Below are positions 18,063-26,758 of a DNA stretch of 64,000 bases, piece after piece (position 1 is the first letter of the stretch; each line of letters opens with the position of its first letter). A program made the position numbers and the translations under genes. Source of the stretch: Rhizobiaceae bacterium (GTDB lineage: Bacteria; Pseudomonadota; Alphaproteobacteria; Rhizobiales; Rhizobiaceae); NCBI GenBank assembly GCA_027483885.1, contig JAIXTO010000112.1:19870-83869 (forward strand). Direction: 5' to 3'. The notes under the pieces were generated by a model. That model was not told where the DNA came from. It saw nothing but the letters and a program-made list of their open reading frames with translations, and searched no databases.

Positions 18063-18521
18063 ATGAGCGATTTGAGCGAAAACAGCGAGCAGATCCGGCT
18101 GCAGCAGATGTTGTGTTTTGCGCTCTACGGCGCCTCGCATGCGTTTTCGCGCGCCTACAAGCCGCTGCTGGAGCCGCTGGGGCTGACCTATCCGCAATAT
18201 CTCGTCATGATCAGCCTGTGGGAAAAGGATGGCCAGCCGGTGAAGGCGCTGGGCGAGGCGCTGGATCTGGATTCCGGCACGCTCTCGCCGCTTCTGAAAC
18301 GGCTGGAACAGGCCGGCCTCGTTACCCGCACCCGCGCCGAAAAGGACGAACGGCAGGTCATCATCATGCTCACCGACAAGGGCCGCTTGCTGCAACGCGA
18401 CGCCGCCGGCGTGACGACCGCGATCGCTGCCGCCACCGGCTGCACCCGCGCCGAGGTGGATGACCTTCGAGACAGCCTTGCGACGCTGAAGACGATGCTG
18501 GTCGAAAGCGGCAATCGGTAA
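18063..18521 (+). CDS. ohrR: organic hydroperoxide-sensing MarR-family repressor OhrR
   Basis: ATG 18063 (MSDLSENSEQIRLQQMLCFALYGAS) with the sensing Cys in QMLCFALY and a second Cys (ATGCT). Divergent from ohr. Confidence 0.9.
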   Translation: MSDLSENSEQIRLQQMLCFALYGASHAFSRAYKPLLEPLGLTYPQYLVMISLWEKDGQPVKALGEALDLDSGTLSPLLKRLEQAGLVTRTRAEKDERQVIIMLTDKGRLLQRDAAGVTTAIAAATGCTRAEVDDLRDSLATLKTMLVESGNR

Positions 18522-18547
18522 GGGGAGGCGGCTTGCCCTCTCCTTTT
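18522..18547 (+). terminator. probable intrinsic terminator of ohrR
   Basis: Stem GGGGAGG...CCTCTCC (one G-U pair) followed by TTTT, directly after the stop codon. Confidence 0.5.
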
Positions 18548-18601
18548 GGGGCAGGCAATGGCATGTGAGGCAAGACCCTCTCTGCCCTGCCGGGCCGACC
18601 G

Positions 18602-18876
18602 GGGGCGAGCCACGGGTCTCGCCCCGTCCTTCGGACCCCCACAAGGGGGGAGAACCGACGTGGCAGCGCCCTGTTGCTGCATCAGACGGCGCGGCCGGGC
18701 TAAGCCCTCCCCCTTGTGGGGAGGGTTTGGGAGGGGACTTTTTTCATATGCGATTGTCCTGCGCTTGGCGGGGAGAGAACTGGGGTGAGGGGCTCTTCTA
18801 AATCACTGACGCCGCGCCAAAAATCTGCCCCTCATCCGGCTGCCGTCACCTTCTCCCCGTTCTGACGGGGCGAAGG
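18602..18876. repeat. cluster of GC-rich palindromic intergenic repeats typical of Rhizobiales
   Basis: Hairpin GGGGCGAG-N8-CTCGCCCC (18602-25). Inverted pair CCCCCACAAGGGGGG (18636-50) / CCCTCCCCCTTGTGGGGAGGG (18705-25). Hairpin CCTTCTCCCCGT-tctg-ACGGGGCGAAGG (18849-76). Confidence 0.7.
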
Positions 18877-19073
18877 GGTTCCGGGGCCAACCTTGCATCC
18901 AATCGCAACGGCGGCACTCTCGGCCATACCAGCGGTATTTGTCGTGGTGTCTTGCGCCTGACAGGTGCGGGAGGTAACCGTGGCCACACTGTTTTGATGA
19001 CCAACCGCCGCCGGTTGATTGATCCCAAGCGCTGCTGCGGCATTTTTTGAACATGCCAAAGGATTTTTTCCGC

Positions 19074-19661
19074 ATGCTTCGTAATCTCTACGCCTGGACC
19101 ATGGCGCTTGCCGCGCGAAAAGCCGCCGCCTGGTGGCTTGGCATCATCGCCTTTGTCGAAAGTTCTTTTTTCCTGGTGCCCGCCGATGTGCTCTTCGTGC
19201 CGATGGTGCTGGCGCGCCCGCGCCGGGCGTATTTTTATGCGACGATTGCCACCATCGCCTCGGTGCTTGGCGGCATTCTCGGCTGGACCATCGGCCATTA
19301 TGCCTTTGAGGCGATCGCCCGTCCGGTGCTGACCTTTTACGGCAAGCTCGATACATTCGAGGGGCTGGCGCATTCGGTGGACTGGAAGACCATTCTCATC
19401 CTCCTCGTCACCTCAGGCCTTGCGCATCTGCCGCCGATCAAGGTGGTGACGATCCTGTCTGGCGTTGCCAATTTCAATCTCGGCCTGTTCATCCTGTCAG
19501 CCATCGTCGCACGCGGCGCCCGCTTTTTTGCGCTCGCCTGGTTGCTCAACACCTATGGCGAAGACATGCGCCATTTCATCGAAAAACGCCTGTCGCTGAT
19601 CTCCGCCATTGTCGCCGGCGCGCTGATTGTCGTCTACGGCGCCTATGTGCTGCTGCACTGA
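19074..19661 (+). CDS. YqaA/DedA-superfamily membrane protein
   Basis: MLRNLYAWTMALAARKAAAWWLGIIAFVESSFFLVPADVLFVPMVLA signature. ATG 19074 has an AAGGA RBS. The ORF opens at TTG 19047. Confidence 0.75.
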   Translation: MLRNLYAWTMALAARKAAAWWLGIIAFVESSFFLVPADVLFVPMVLARPRRAYFYATIATIASVLGGILGWTIGHYAFEAIARPVLTFYGKLDTFEGLAHSVDWKTILILLVTSGLAHLPPIKVVTILSGVANFNLGLFILSAIVARGARFFALAWLLNTYGEDMRHFIEKRLSLISAIVAGALIVVYGAYVLLH

Positions 19662-19711
19662 GCCTGTTTTGCGCGGCCGTTCACGCCGCGCAAAACCTTC
19701 TGTCGTCGCGA

Positions 19712-20539
19712 TCAATCCCAGTGCGGCGGGCGAAGATGCGCGGGGTTGACGATGCGGCCATCGGCCTTGGAAAGCCCGTGGATTGCCGCCATGTCGTCGG
19801 CTGACAGTTCGAAGTCGAAGACATCGTAGTTTTCGGCAAGCCGGCTTTCCGTTGCCGTCTTGGAAAGCGCAATCACGCCCTCCTGCTGCACCGCCCAGCG
19901 CAGAACCACCTGGGCGGCCGTCTTGCCATGACGTGCGCCGATCTCCTTCAACAGCGGATCGTTCGGCACCTTGCCATCGGCCATCAGGTAATAGGCCGTG
20001 AGCGAAATGCCTTTTTCCCGGGCCGCTTCAAGCAGCTTCGACTGGTCGAGATAGGGGTGAAACTCCACCTGGTTTGTGGCAATCGGTGCGTCCGAGAGGT
20101 TCGCGGCTTCTTCCATCATCGCAATGTTGAAGTTGGAAATGCCGATATTTTTGACCTTGCCGGCTTTTTTCACTGCATTCAGGCTATCCATGCGCTCGCC
20201 AAGCGGCACGTCGCTCTGCGGCCAGTGGAGAAGCAGAAGGTCGACGTAATCGGTCTTCAGCTTCTTCAGGCTCTCATCGACGGAGGCTGCAAAATCGGCC
20301 TTTGCAAATTTGTCGACCCAGACCTTGGTGGTGAGAAAAATATCGGCGCGGGCAATGCCGGAGCCTGAAATCGCCTGTCCCACTTCCGCCTCGTTGCCAT
20401 AGATCTGGGCGGTATCGACATGGCGGAAACCAAGCTCCAGCGCCTTGGGCAGAACGCGCAGGATATCGGCGCCCGGCATGCGGAAGGTGCCGAAGCCCAG
20501 CGCTGGAATATGGGCGCCATTGGCGGTGACTGTATGCAT
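19712..20539 (-). CDS. aldo/keto reductase (2,5-diketo-D-gluconate reductase-like)
   Basis: ATG 20539 (MHTVTANGAHIPALGFGTFRM). HVDTAQIYGNE and LLLHWP motifs. AAGGGAG RBS. Confidence 0.85.
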   Translation of the reverse strand: MHTVTANGAHIPALGFGTFRMPGADILRVLPKALELGFRHVDTAQIYGNEAEVGQAISGSGIARADIFLTTKVWVDKFAKADFAASVDESLKKLKTDYVDLLLLHWPQSDVPLGERMDSLNAVKKAGKVKNIGISNFNIAMMEEAANLSDAPIATNQVEFHPYLDQSKLLEAAREKGISLTAYYLMADGKVPNDPLLKEIGARHGKTAAQVVLRWAVQQEGVIALSKTATESRLAENYDVFDFELSADDMAAIHGLSKADGRIVNPAHLRPPHWD

Positions 20540-20649
20540 GAAAAATGCTCCCTTGAGACTGATCATTGATGCGCGGTCGCGCACGAAAGGGTGTGTGTTC
20601 TACATGGGTTAGGGCGGCCGAAGTTCAACCCGGCCCGCTCAACCCGGGC

Positions 20650-21687
20650 TCAGCCGGCAAGCGGCGGATCAAGGCGGGCAAAGCCTTCCTGCCGGCGATA
20701 GGGAAAATGCGGGTAGGGTGCCGTCACCGCGCTTGCGGCATCGAGCTTTAAGATCTGCTCTGCCGTCAGTTGCCAGCCGATCGAGCCGAGGTTCTGGCGC
20801 AACTGCTCTTCGTTGCGGGCGCCGATGATGACGGACGATACGGTCGGCTGCTGCGTCAGCCAGTTGATCGCCACCTGCGGCACGGTTTTTTCCACCTCGA
20901 GCGCCACGTCCTCAAGCGCATCGATGACTCGGTAGAGGTGCTCGTCCTCGACGGGCGGGCCGAACTGCGCCGTTTCGTGCAGGCGGCTGCCGGCCGGCAG
21001 AGGCTTGGCGCGGCCGATCTTTCCGGTGAGGCGGCCCCAGGCAAGCGGGCTCCAGACCAGTGCGCCGAGCCCCTGGTCATGGCCCAGCGGCATCAGGTCC
21101 CATTCATAATCGCGCCCGGCGAGCGAATAATAGACCTGGTGCGCCACGTAACGCGTCCAGCCATGGCGCTCGGCGGCAGCCAGCGATTTCATGATCTGCC
21201 AGCCGGAAAAGTTGGAGACGCCGATATAGCGCAGCTTGCCCGCCTTCACCATGAGGTCGAGTGTCGAGAGAACTTCCTCGACCGGCGTCGAGGCATCGTG
21301 CGCGTGCAGCTGGAAGATATCGATATAATCGGTGCCGAGCCGCTTCAGCGCCGAATCGACGCTTGCGACGAGGCGGGCGCGCGAGGTGCCCCAGTCGTTG
21401 GGGCAGGAACCGGTCGGCAGGCCGGCCTTGGTGGAAATCAGCACCCGGTCCCGCCGGCCCTTGATCGCCTTGCCAAGCACCTCTTCGGAGGCGCCGTCGG
21501 AATAGACGTCGGCCGTGTCGAAAAGAGTGACGCCGGCCTCCAGGCAGATGTCGACAAGGCGGCTCGCCTCCTCCACATCCGTGCTGCCCCAGGCGCCGAA
21601 CAGCGGGCCGGAACCACCGAACGTGCCGGCGCCAAAGCTCAAGACCGGTACTTTGAGACCGGATTTGCCGAGATTGCGATAGTCCAT
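20650..21687 (-). CDS. aldo/keto reductase (Tas/YajO-like, ~345 aa class)
   Basis: MDYRNLGKSGLKVPVLSFGAGTFGG...DTADVYSDGASEE...IDIFQLHAHD. GAAGGA RBS. Confidence 0.85.
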   Translation of the reverse strand: MDYRNLGKSGLKVPVLSFGAGTFGGSGPLFGAWGSTDVEEASRLVDICLEAGVTLFDTADVYSDGASEEVLGKAIKGRRDRVLISTKAGLPTGSCPNDWGTSRARLVASVDSALKRLGTDYIDIFQLHAHDASTPVEEVLSTLDLMVKAGKLRYIGVSNFSGWQIMKSLAAAERHGWTRYVAHQVYYSLAGRDYEWDLMPLGHDQGLGALVWSPLAWGRLTGKIGRAKPLPAGSRLHETAQFGPPVEDEHLYRVIDALEDVALEVEKTVPQVAINWLTQQPTVSSVIIGARNEEQLRQNLGSIGWQLTAEQILKLDAASAVTAPYPHFPYRRQEGFARLDPPLAG

Positions 21688-21725
21688 GACAGGATCCTTC
21701 GTTGATGGAACGGAAAAGCGAGCGG

Positions 21726-22913
21726 TCAGGCGGCGCGGGCCGGCGTTCCCGCCTCTGTGGCGCGGTCAAGCCCGCCGCTGAAAAGTGTGAGACCGCAAGC
21801 GATGGCAACCAGAACGGCGCCGACCAGCGGCGTGGCGCCAAGGCCGAGCGGCGAGGCAACCACAAGCCCGCCGATCCAGGCCCCGCCGGCAATGCCGAGG
21901 TTGAAGGCGGCGATGTTGAGCGCAGAGGCCACGTCGACTGCGCCGGGGCGATGGCGGCGGGCGAGCTGGACGACGTAAAGCTGCAGGCCCGGCACAGTGG
22001 CAAAGGACAGGAAGCCAAGCGCTGCAAGCGTGACCAGCGCCGGTACGGCGTAAGCGGCGGTGAGGGTAAAGAGGGCAAGCACCAGCGCCTGCAGCGCAAG
22101 CAGGATGGCAAGCGCTCTCACCGGATTGCGGTCGGCAATGCGCCCCCCGGCCAGATTGCCAAACGCGATGGCAAGCCCGTAGAGCACCAGCACGAGGCTG
22201 ACACTTCCAGCAGAAAAGCCGGTGATATCCTGAAGCATCACGGCAAGATAGGTGAAGGTGACGAAGGTGCCACCATAACCGAAGGCCGTCATGGCATAAA
22301 CGAGAAGCAGCCGGCCCGAACCCAGTGCGCGCAGCTGTTCGAGAAGGCTTGCCGGTGCCGCCTTCGACAGCTTTGACGGCAAAAGGGCGAGAATGCCGAT
22401 AAAGGCGATGACGCCGAGGCCGGAGACGGCGAGAAACGTCGCGCGCCAGCCAAATGTCTGGCCGATCAGCGTGCCCAGCGGAACCCCGGTGACGATGGCA
22501 ACCGTCAACCCCATGAACATCAGGGCAATGGCCGAGGCGCGGCGGTTTTCCGGCACGAGGTCTGCGGCAATCGTGGCGCCGACGGAAAAGAACACGCCAT
22601 GGGCAAAGGCCGACAGCACGCGCCCGACAAGCAGCATGCCGTAACCGGAGGCAAAGGCCGCCACGAGATTGCCAAGGATGAACAGCGCCATCAGGCCAAG
22701 CAGCAGCGGCTTTCGTGCAATACGGCCAGACAGCGCCGTCAGCACCGGCGCGCCAAAGGTGACGCCGAGCGCATAGATGGACACGATCATGCCGGCGAGC
22801 GGCAGGGTGATCTGAAGATCGGAGGCAACCGTCGGCAACAGGCCGACGATGACGAATTCGGTGGTGCCGATCGCATAGGCGGCGATCGTCAGGGCAAAAA
22901 GTGCAAGGGGCAT
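21726..22913 (-). CDS. MFS transporter (12-TM, sugar/drug efflux type)
   Basis: ATG 22913 (MPLALFALTIAAYAIGTTEFVIVGLLP). Hydrophobic throughout. Divergent from a LysR regulator. Confidence 0.85.
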   Translation of the reverse strand: MPLALFALTIAAYAIGTTEFVIVGLLPTVASDLQITLPLAGMIVSIYALGVTFGAPVLTALSGRIARKPLLLGLMALFILGNLVAAFASGYGMLLVGRVLSAFAHGVFFSVGATIAADLVPENRRASAIALMFMGLTVAIVTGVPLGTLIGQTFGWRATFLAVSGLGVIAFIGILALLPSKLSKAAPASLLEQLRALGSGRLLLVYAMTAFGYGGTFVTFTYLAVMLQDITGFSAGSVSLVLVLYGLAIAFGNLAGGRIADRNPVRALAILLALQALVLALFTLTAAYAVPALVTLAALGFLSFATVPGLQLYVVQLARRHRPGAVDVASALNIAAFNLGIAGGAWIGGLVVASPLGLGATPLVGAVLVAIACGLTLFSGGLDRATEAGTPARAA

Positions 22914-23038
22914 GGGCGTCTTCCAAAGGTGGAACAGGGTTTCGTCAGGCGCTGGCAGAGATTGCCGGTGCCGAAGATCTGCCAAAGAGATAGACGGCCC
23001 CCTCACTGTGAACTAGGCTGCGCAAAAGAACATCAGTT

Positions 23039-23053
23039 GTGAAATGGTTTCAC
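23039..23053. promoter_or_regulatory. LysR-type T-N11-A palindrome
   Basis: GTGAAAtggTTTCAC (contains TGAAATGGTTTCA) lies immediately upstream of the lysR-family ATG, in the divergent intergenic region. Confidence 0.45.
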
Positions 23054-23054
23054 C

Positions 23055-23963
23055 ATGGCCCGATCCGAGATCAACCGTTCCGGCGAAATGGAAGTGTTTG
23101 TGGCGGTGGTGGAGGCGCAAGGTTTTTCCGCAGCCGCCCGGCGCCTGTCGATGACACCATCGGCGGTGAGCAAGCTTGTGACGCGGCTTGAAAAGCGGCT
23201 CGGCGCCCGCCTTGTGTCCCGCTCCACCCGCCAGTTTCGGCTGACGCCGGAGGGGCGCGATTTCTTTGATCGCGCCACCGCCATTCTTGCCAGCATCGAG
23301 GATGCGGAGCGGGCGGCAGGCGCTGCCGTGGAAGCGGTCGGGCGTATCCGGCTAAACAGCAGTTCGGTCTATTGCACCCATGTGCTCAATCGCCTGCTGC
23401 CGCAATTTCTGGCGCTTTATCCCGGGGTAACGCTTGATATTGCCCAGACCGATGCGGTGATTGATCTCCTGGCGGATCACGCGGATGTGGCCGTGCGCAC
23501 CGGGCCCTTGAAGGCGTCGAGCCTTGTGGCGCGAAAGCTTGGCGAGACGCCGCTTCGGGTCGTTGCCTCCCCGGCCTATCTGGAACGATCCGGCACGCCG
23601 CGCCATCCGGCAGACCTTGTCCACCATTCGCTGCTCAGGTTTTCCTATACGCGCAGCATTCGCGAGTGGAGTTTCAAAGTGGATGGCGGGGATTTTTCCG
23701 TTGTTCCCGCAGGAGCCGTGCAGGTGAACGATGGCGAGGGCATGCGCCAGCTGGCGCTTGCCGGCGTCGGCATTGCGCGCATGGGCGCCTTTGCCGTCGC
23801 CGATGATATTGCCGCCGGCCGCCTTGTGCCGCTGCTGGAGGCGTTTGATGCCGGCCACCGCGAGGCGTTTTTTGCCGTTTATGTCGGGCAGGGTGGCCCG
23901 CTGCCGTCGCGGGTGCGCGCGCTTCTTGATTTTCTGGCTGAACACGGTCGCGTCGGGCCATAA
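23055..23963 (+). CDS. LysR family transcriptional regulator
   Basis: N-terminal HTH MEVFVAVVEAQGFSAAARRLSMTPSAVSKLVTRLEKRLG and a LysR substrate-binding domain. Confidence 0.9.
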   Translation: MARSEINRSGEMEVFVAVVEAQGFSAAARRLSMTPSAVSKLVTRLEKRLGARLVSRSTRQFRLTPEGRDFFDRATAILASIEDAERAAGAAVEAVGRIRLNSSSVYCTHVLNRLLPQFLALYPGVTLDIAQTDAVIDLLADHADVAVRTGPLKASSLVARKLGETPLRVVASPAYLERSGTPRHPADLVHHSLLRFSYTRSIREWSFKVDGGDFSVVPAGAVQVNDGEGMRQLALAGVGIARMGAFAVADDIAAGRLVPLLEAFDAGHREAFFAVYVGQGGPLPSRVRALLDFLAEHGRVGP

Positions 23964-23969
23964 GCGGCC

Positions 23970-24647
23970 TCAGCCGCCGATCAGTCCGCCGGCAACCACG
24001 CTATAGACGAGATAGATCGCGCCGAGCGATGTGAGGGCGGCAATGCCGGCAATCAGCCCATCGCGGACCGTCAACGACAGGCCGAACAGCGCGATTGTCC
24101 CCATCGGGGCGGTGCTCGCAAAGGGGATCAGTTCAAGCGGCGGCACGGTGAAGCAGAGCGCGATGCAAAGCGCTGCCATGCCCTGCAGCCACGGCGGCTT
24201 CGTCAGCCATTTCAGCCGTGGCTTGAACAGCCTGTCGGTCAAGCGCGCCACCGGCCGCAGCGTGTCCATCGCCTTGGCCAGCTTGTTCGAACTGACGGTG
24301 CGGCGCTCGACAAATTGCGGCAGCCAGAGATGTTTTCGCCCAAAGACAATCTGCACAGCAAACAGGCCGATGATCACGGCAATCACTGTGGGCAGGCCGG
24401 GAATGCCGCCGATCGGGCTCATCTCGATGATGGCCGGCACCAGCAGGAACGGCCCGAAACTGCGCGCGCCGATCTCTTCGCGCACGTCATGAATGCTGAC
24501 TGTGTCCTTCTCGTCGGCAAGGTTTGCGATGGCATCCAGCACATCCGTCAGGCTTTCCGGTTCCTGTCCACGCGGCTGCCGGCGACCGGAATTCTGGCTT
24601 GAGGCTACAGCGGGTGTTGTGCGGTCGTCGCGCGTCCTTGCGTCCAT
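23970..24647 (-). CDS. exopolysaccharide synthesis ExoD family membrane protein
   Basis: SIHDVREEIGARSFGPFLLVPAIIEMSPIGGIPGLPTVIAVII...HLWLPQFVERR matches the ExoD family. Confidence 0.8.
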   Translation of the reverse strand: MDARTRDDRTTPAVASSQNSGRRQPRGQEPESLTDVLDAIANLADEKDTVSIHDVREEIGARSFGPFLLVPAIIEMSPIGGIPGLPTVIAVIIGLFAVQIVFGRKHLWLPQFVERRTVSSNKLAKAMDTLRPVARLTDRLFKPRLKWLTKPPWLQGMAALCIALCFTVPPLELIPFASTAPMGTIALFGLSLTVRDGLIAGIAALTSLGAIYLVYSVVAGGLIGG

Positions 24648-24695
24648 GGCGGGCTCTTGTCTTTTGCAAAAATCGGGCGTGGTGTGAAACGGGCT

Positions 24696-26252
24696 TTAGT
24701 CTTTTGTGTCGGCAATCGGCTTTTCACTGTGGCGACCAAACAGCCGGCGGCCGAAACGGTTGCGCAAAAAGGCGGACGTCCGGTAACGAAGCCCCGACGG
24801 GCGTTCGGGGTCGACAAGATCGGATTCGGCCACCCACTCGTCATCGATGCCCATCTCGCGCTCCTCCACCACAAGCAGTCCGCGGCGTCCTTGCGCCGGT
24901 GCGTTCAGCGTCTCGATAGTCTTCACCACCGATCCGCCGTGGCGCTCAAGCGTTGCCTCCACGGTCTCTTCCGTCTCGCCGAGATGTTCGGCCAGAAGGT
25001 CATTGCGGCGAGACAAAATGGTGCGGCTCACCTCTGCGCCATTTTCCGGCGCTTCCACCAGAATGTCGCATTCGGTGTCATAACCCATCGAGCGGTTGTT
25101 GAGATTGGCCGAGCCCAGTTTCAGGATGCGGTCATCCGCAATCATGATCTTGGCGTGGACATAGATTTCCGTGCCAGCCTCGTTGACGGGATAAAACATG
25201 CGGAAACGGTCGTGTCTGTCGGCGGCCTTGACGAGCTTGATCAGCCGGGCGCGGGCAGTGTCCATCGTCTTTTCCTCCAGCCAGCCGCTGGCGCCTTTCG
25301 GGTTGATGATGACGATTTCCGGTCCGTCCGGCTCTTCCAGCCGTTTTGCCATGGCTTCTGCGATGCGGCGCGAGGCAAAATACTGGCTTTCGATATAAAG
25401 CGTGCGCCGGGTGGCGGCGATGATGGCAAGCGTTGCCGTCTCGATTTCCACCACCTCGCGATGGTCTTCATATTCCGGGGCGGTGCGGGCAATGCCGATG
25501 TCGATACCATTGAAATCGGCCGGCAGATCTTTGGGCCAGAGCGCGTCGGCAGGGGGCACCGGCTCCAGCGTTTCGCCGGTCGCCATCTGCCAGCGCTCGC
25601 GGGCAAGGTCACCCAGCGCCTTTGCCGCGGGTCCGGAAAAACAGCTTGTCGCATCGTGCCACGGCGGTTCGGCCCGGCCATAAGGCGACAGCCGGTTCGG
25701 GTCATCTTCCCGGTGTTCGCGCGTATCCCAGCGCCCGACGGTCATGTCGATGCCGCCGCAGAAGGCAACGGTGTCGTCGATGACAAGCAGTTTCATGTGA
25801 TGGGCAGCAAGCGGCGGGTGGGCGCGGTCGAGTTTCAGGTGGATGCGCTTTGAAAACATCCAGCGCAACATGTGCAGCGGCGTTTCACCGCGCGTGATGG
25901 AGTGGACAAGCCCGACATCCCATTTGAGGATGCGGATCTGCAGATCCGGATTTTTCCGCACCAGATGCTCGAATACCCGGCCAAGCTTGTCGGGAGCCCT
26001 TGTGGTGTCATCGCCCGGCACAAGGCGGATACGGGTATCGAAATCCCAGCCGATGAGCAGGATGGAGCGGCGCGCCTGCATCATCATGTCCTTGGCGTGG
26101 CGGAAGAAATCGGCGGCATCGACGATCACCGAAAACCTGTCGGCATGCGCGATTCGCCAGCAGGTTTCGTTCTCCACGACAAGGCTCTCAGGGGCAAATA
26201 ATGCTTTCGCCTCTGCCGGATCGGATGTTCCCTTTGCGGGAAAGCATGTCAT
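24696..26252 (-). CDS. phospholipase D / cardiolipin-synthase-like protein with two HKD motifs
   Basis: HKD motifs HHMKLLVIDD and VHAKIMIADDRILKLGSANLNNRS. ATG 26252 (MTCFPAKG) preferred from the expected distance to the conserved CWR segment. An in-frame ATG also exists at 26360. Confidence 0.8.
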   Translation of the reverse strand: MTCFPAKGTSDPAEAKALFAPESLVVENETCWRIAHADRFSVIVDAADFFRHAKDMMMQARRSILLIGWDFDTRIRLVPGDDTTRAPDKLGRVFEHLVRKNPDLQIRILKWDVGLVHSITRGETPLHMLRWMFSKRIHLKLDRAHPPLAAHHMKLLVIDDTVAFCGGIDMTVGRWDTREHREDDPNRLSPYGRAEPPWHDATSCFSGPAAKALGDLARERWQMATGETLEPVPPADALWPKDLPADFNGIDIGIARTAPEYEDHREVVEIETATLAIIAATRRTLYIESQYFASRRIAEAMAKRLEEPDGPEIVIINPKGASGWLEEKTMDTARARLIKLVKAADRHDRFRMFYPVNEAGTEIYVHAKIMIADDRILKLGSANLNNRSMGYDTECDILVEAPENGAEVSRTILSRRNDLLAEHLGETEETVEATLERHGGSVVKTIETLNAPAQGRRGLLVVEEREMGIDDEWVAESDLVDPERPSGLRYRTSAFLRNRFGRRLFGRHSEKPIADTKD

Positions 26253-26758
26253 GATGTGTTCCGAAGCTGCTGTGAATAAACCGGCGGTTCGTGCCAAAGA
26301 CGCGGATCGGGGTAGCTTTGTTCCGGGAATTCCGAGGGTGCCATCGAATTTATGCCGCATGAGGGGGCTAGGGTGGCATCAATGAGAAAGCATGAGGGCT
26401 GATGAGGATTTCCTGGTGTATTGTGTGGCTGGCGGTTTTGATCGCCATCGTCCTTTGTATTCCGCTGATCGAACGGGACGTGGTGCAGAACCACTCGAAT
26501 ACGACGATGCCGCGGCAGGATGCGCCGCTTCTGCCGGCGCCGGCGCAGCAGCGGCCGTAAGGGCAGACCCGTCGTTGCGCCATCACTTTCGGTGATGATT
26601 TCATCTGTGCCGTTGCTTGCCTTTGTACGGCAAAGATCGCTGCCGGCTCATCGTGAGCAATATTCTTTCGATCCTCTCTGCAGCTTTAAAAAATCCTTGA
26701 CCTTGCCGCCCGCGCGGGACTTCATTCCCGCCAAAATAGCGCGTTCAAGGAGAATACC

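Noticed and set aside
21104-22926. 335-aa and 386-aa minus-strand alternative-frame ORFs overlapping the AKR and MFS genes
   Set aside because: These are out-of-frame shadow ORFs with Arg/Pro-rich products. The annotated frames give a canonical AKR and a 12-TM MFS protein.
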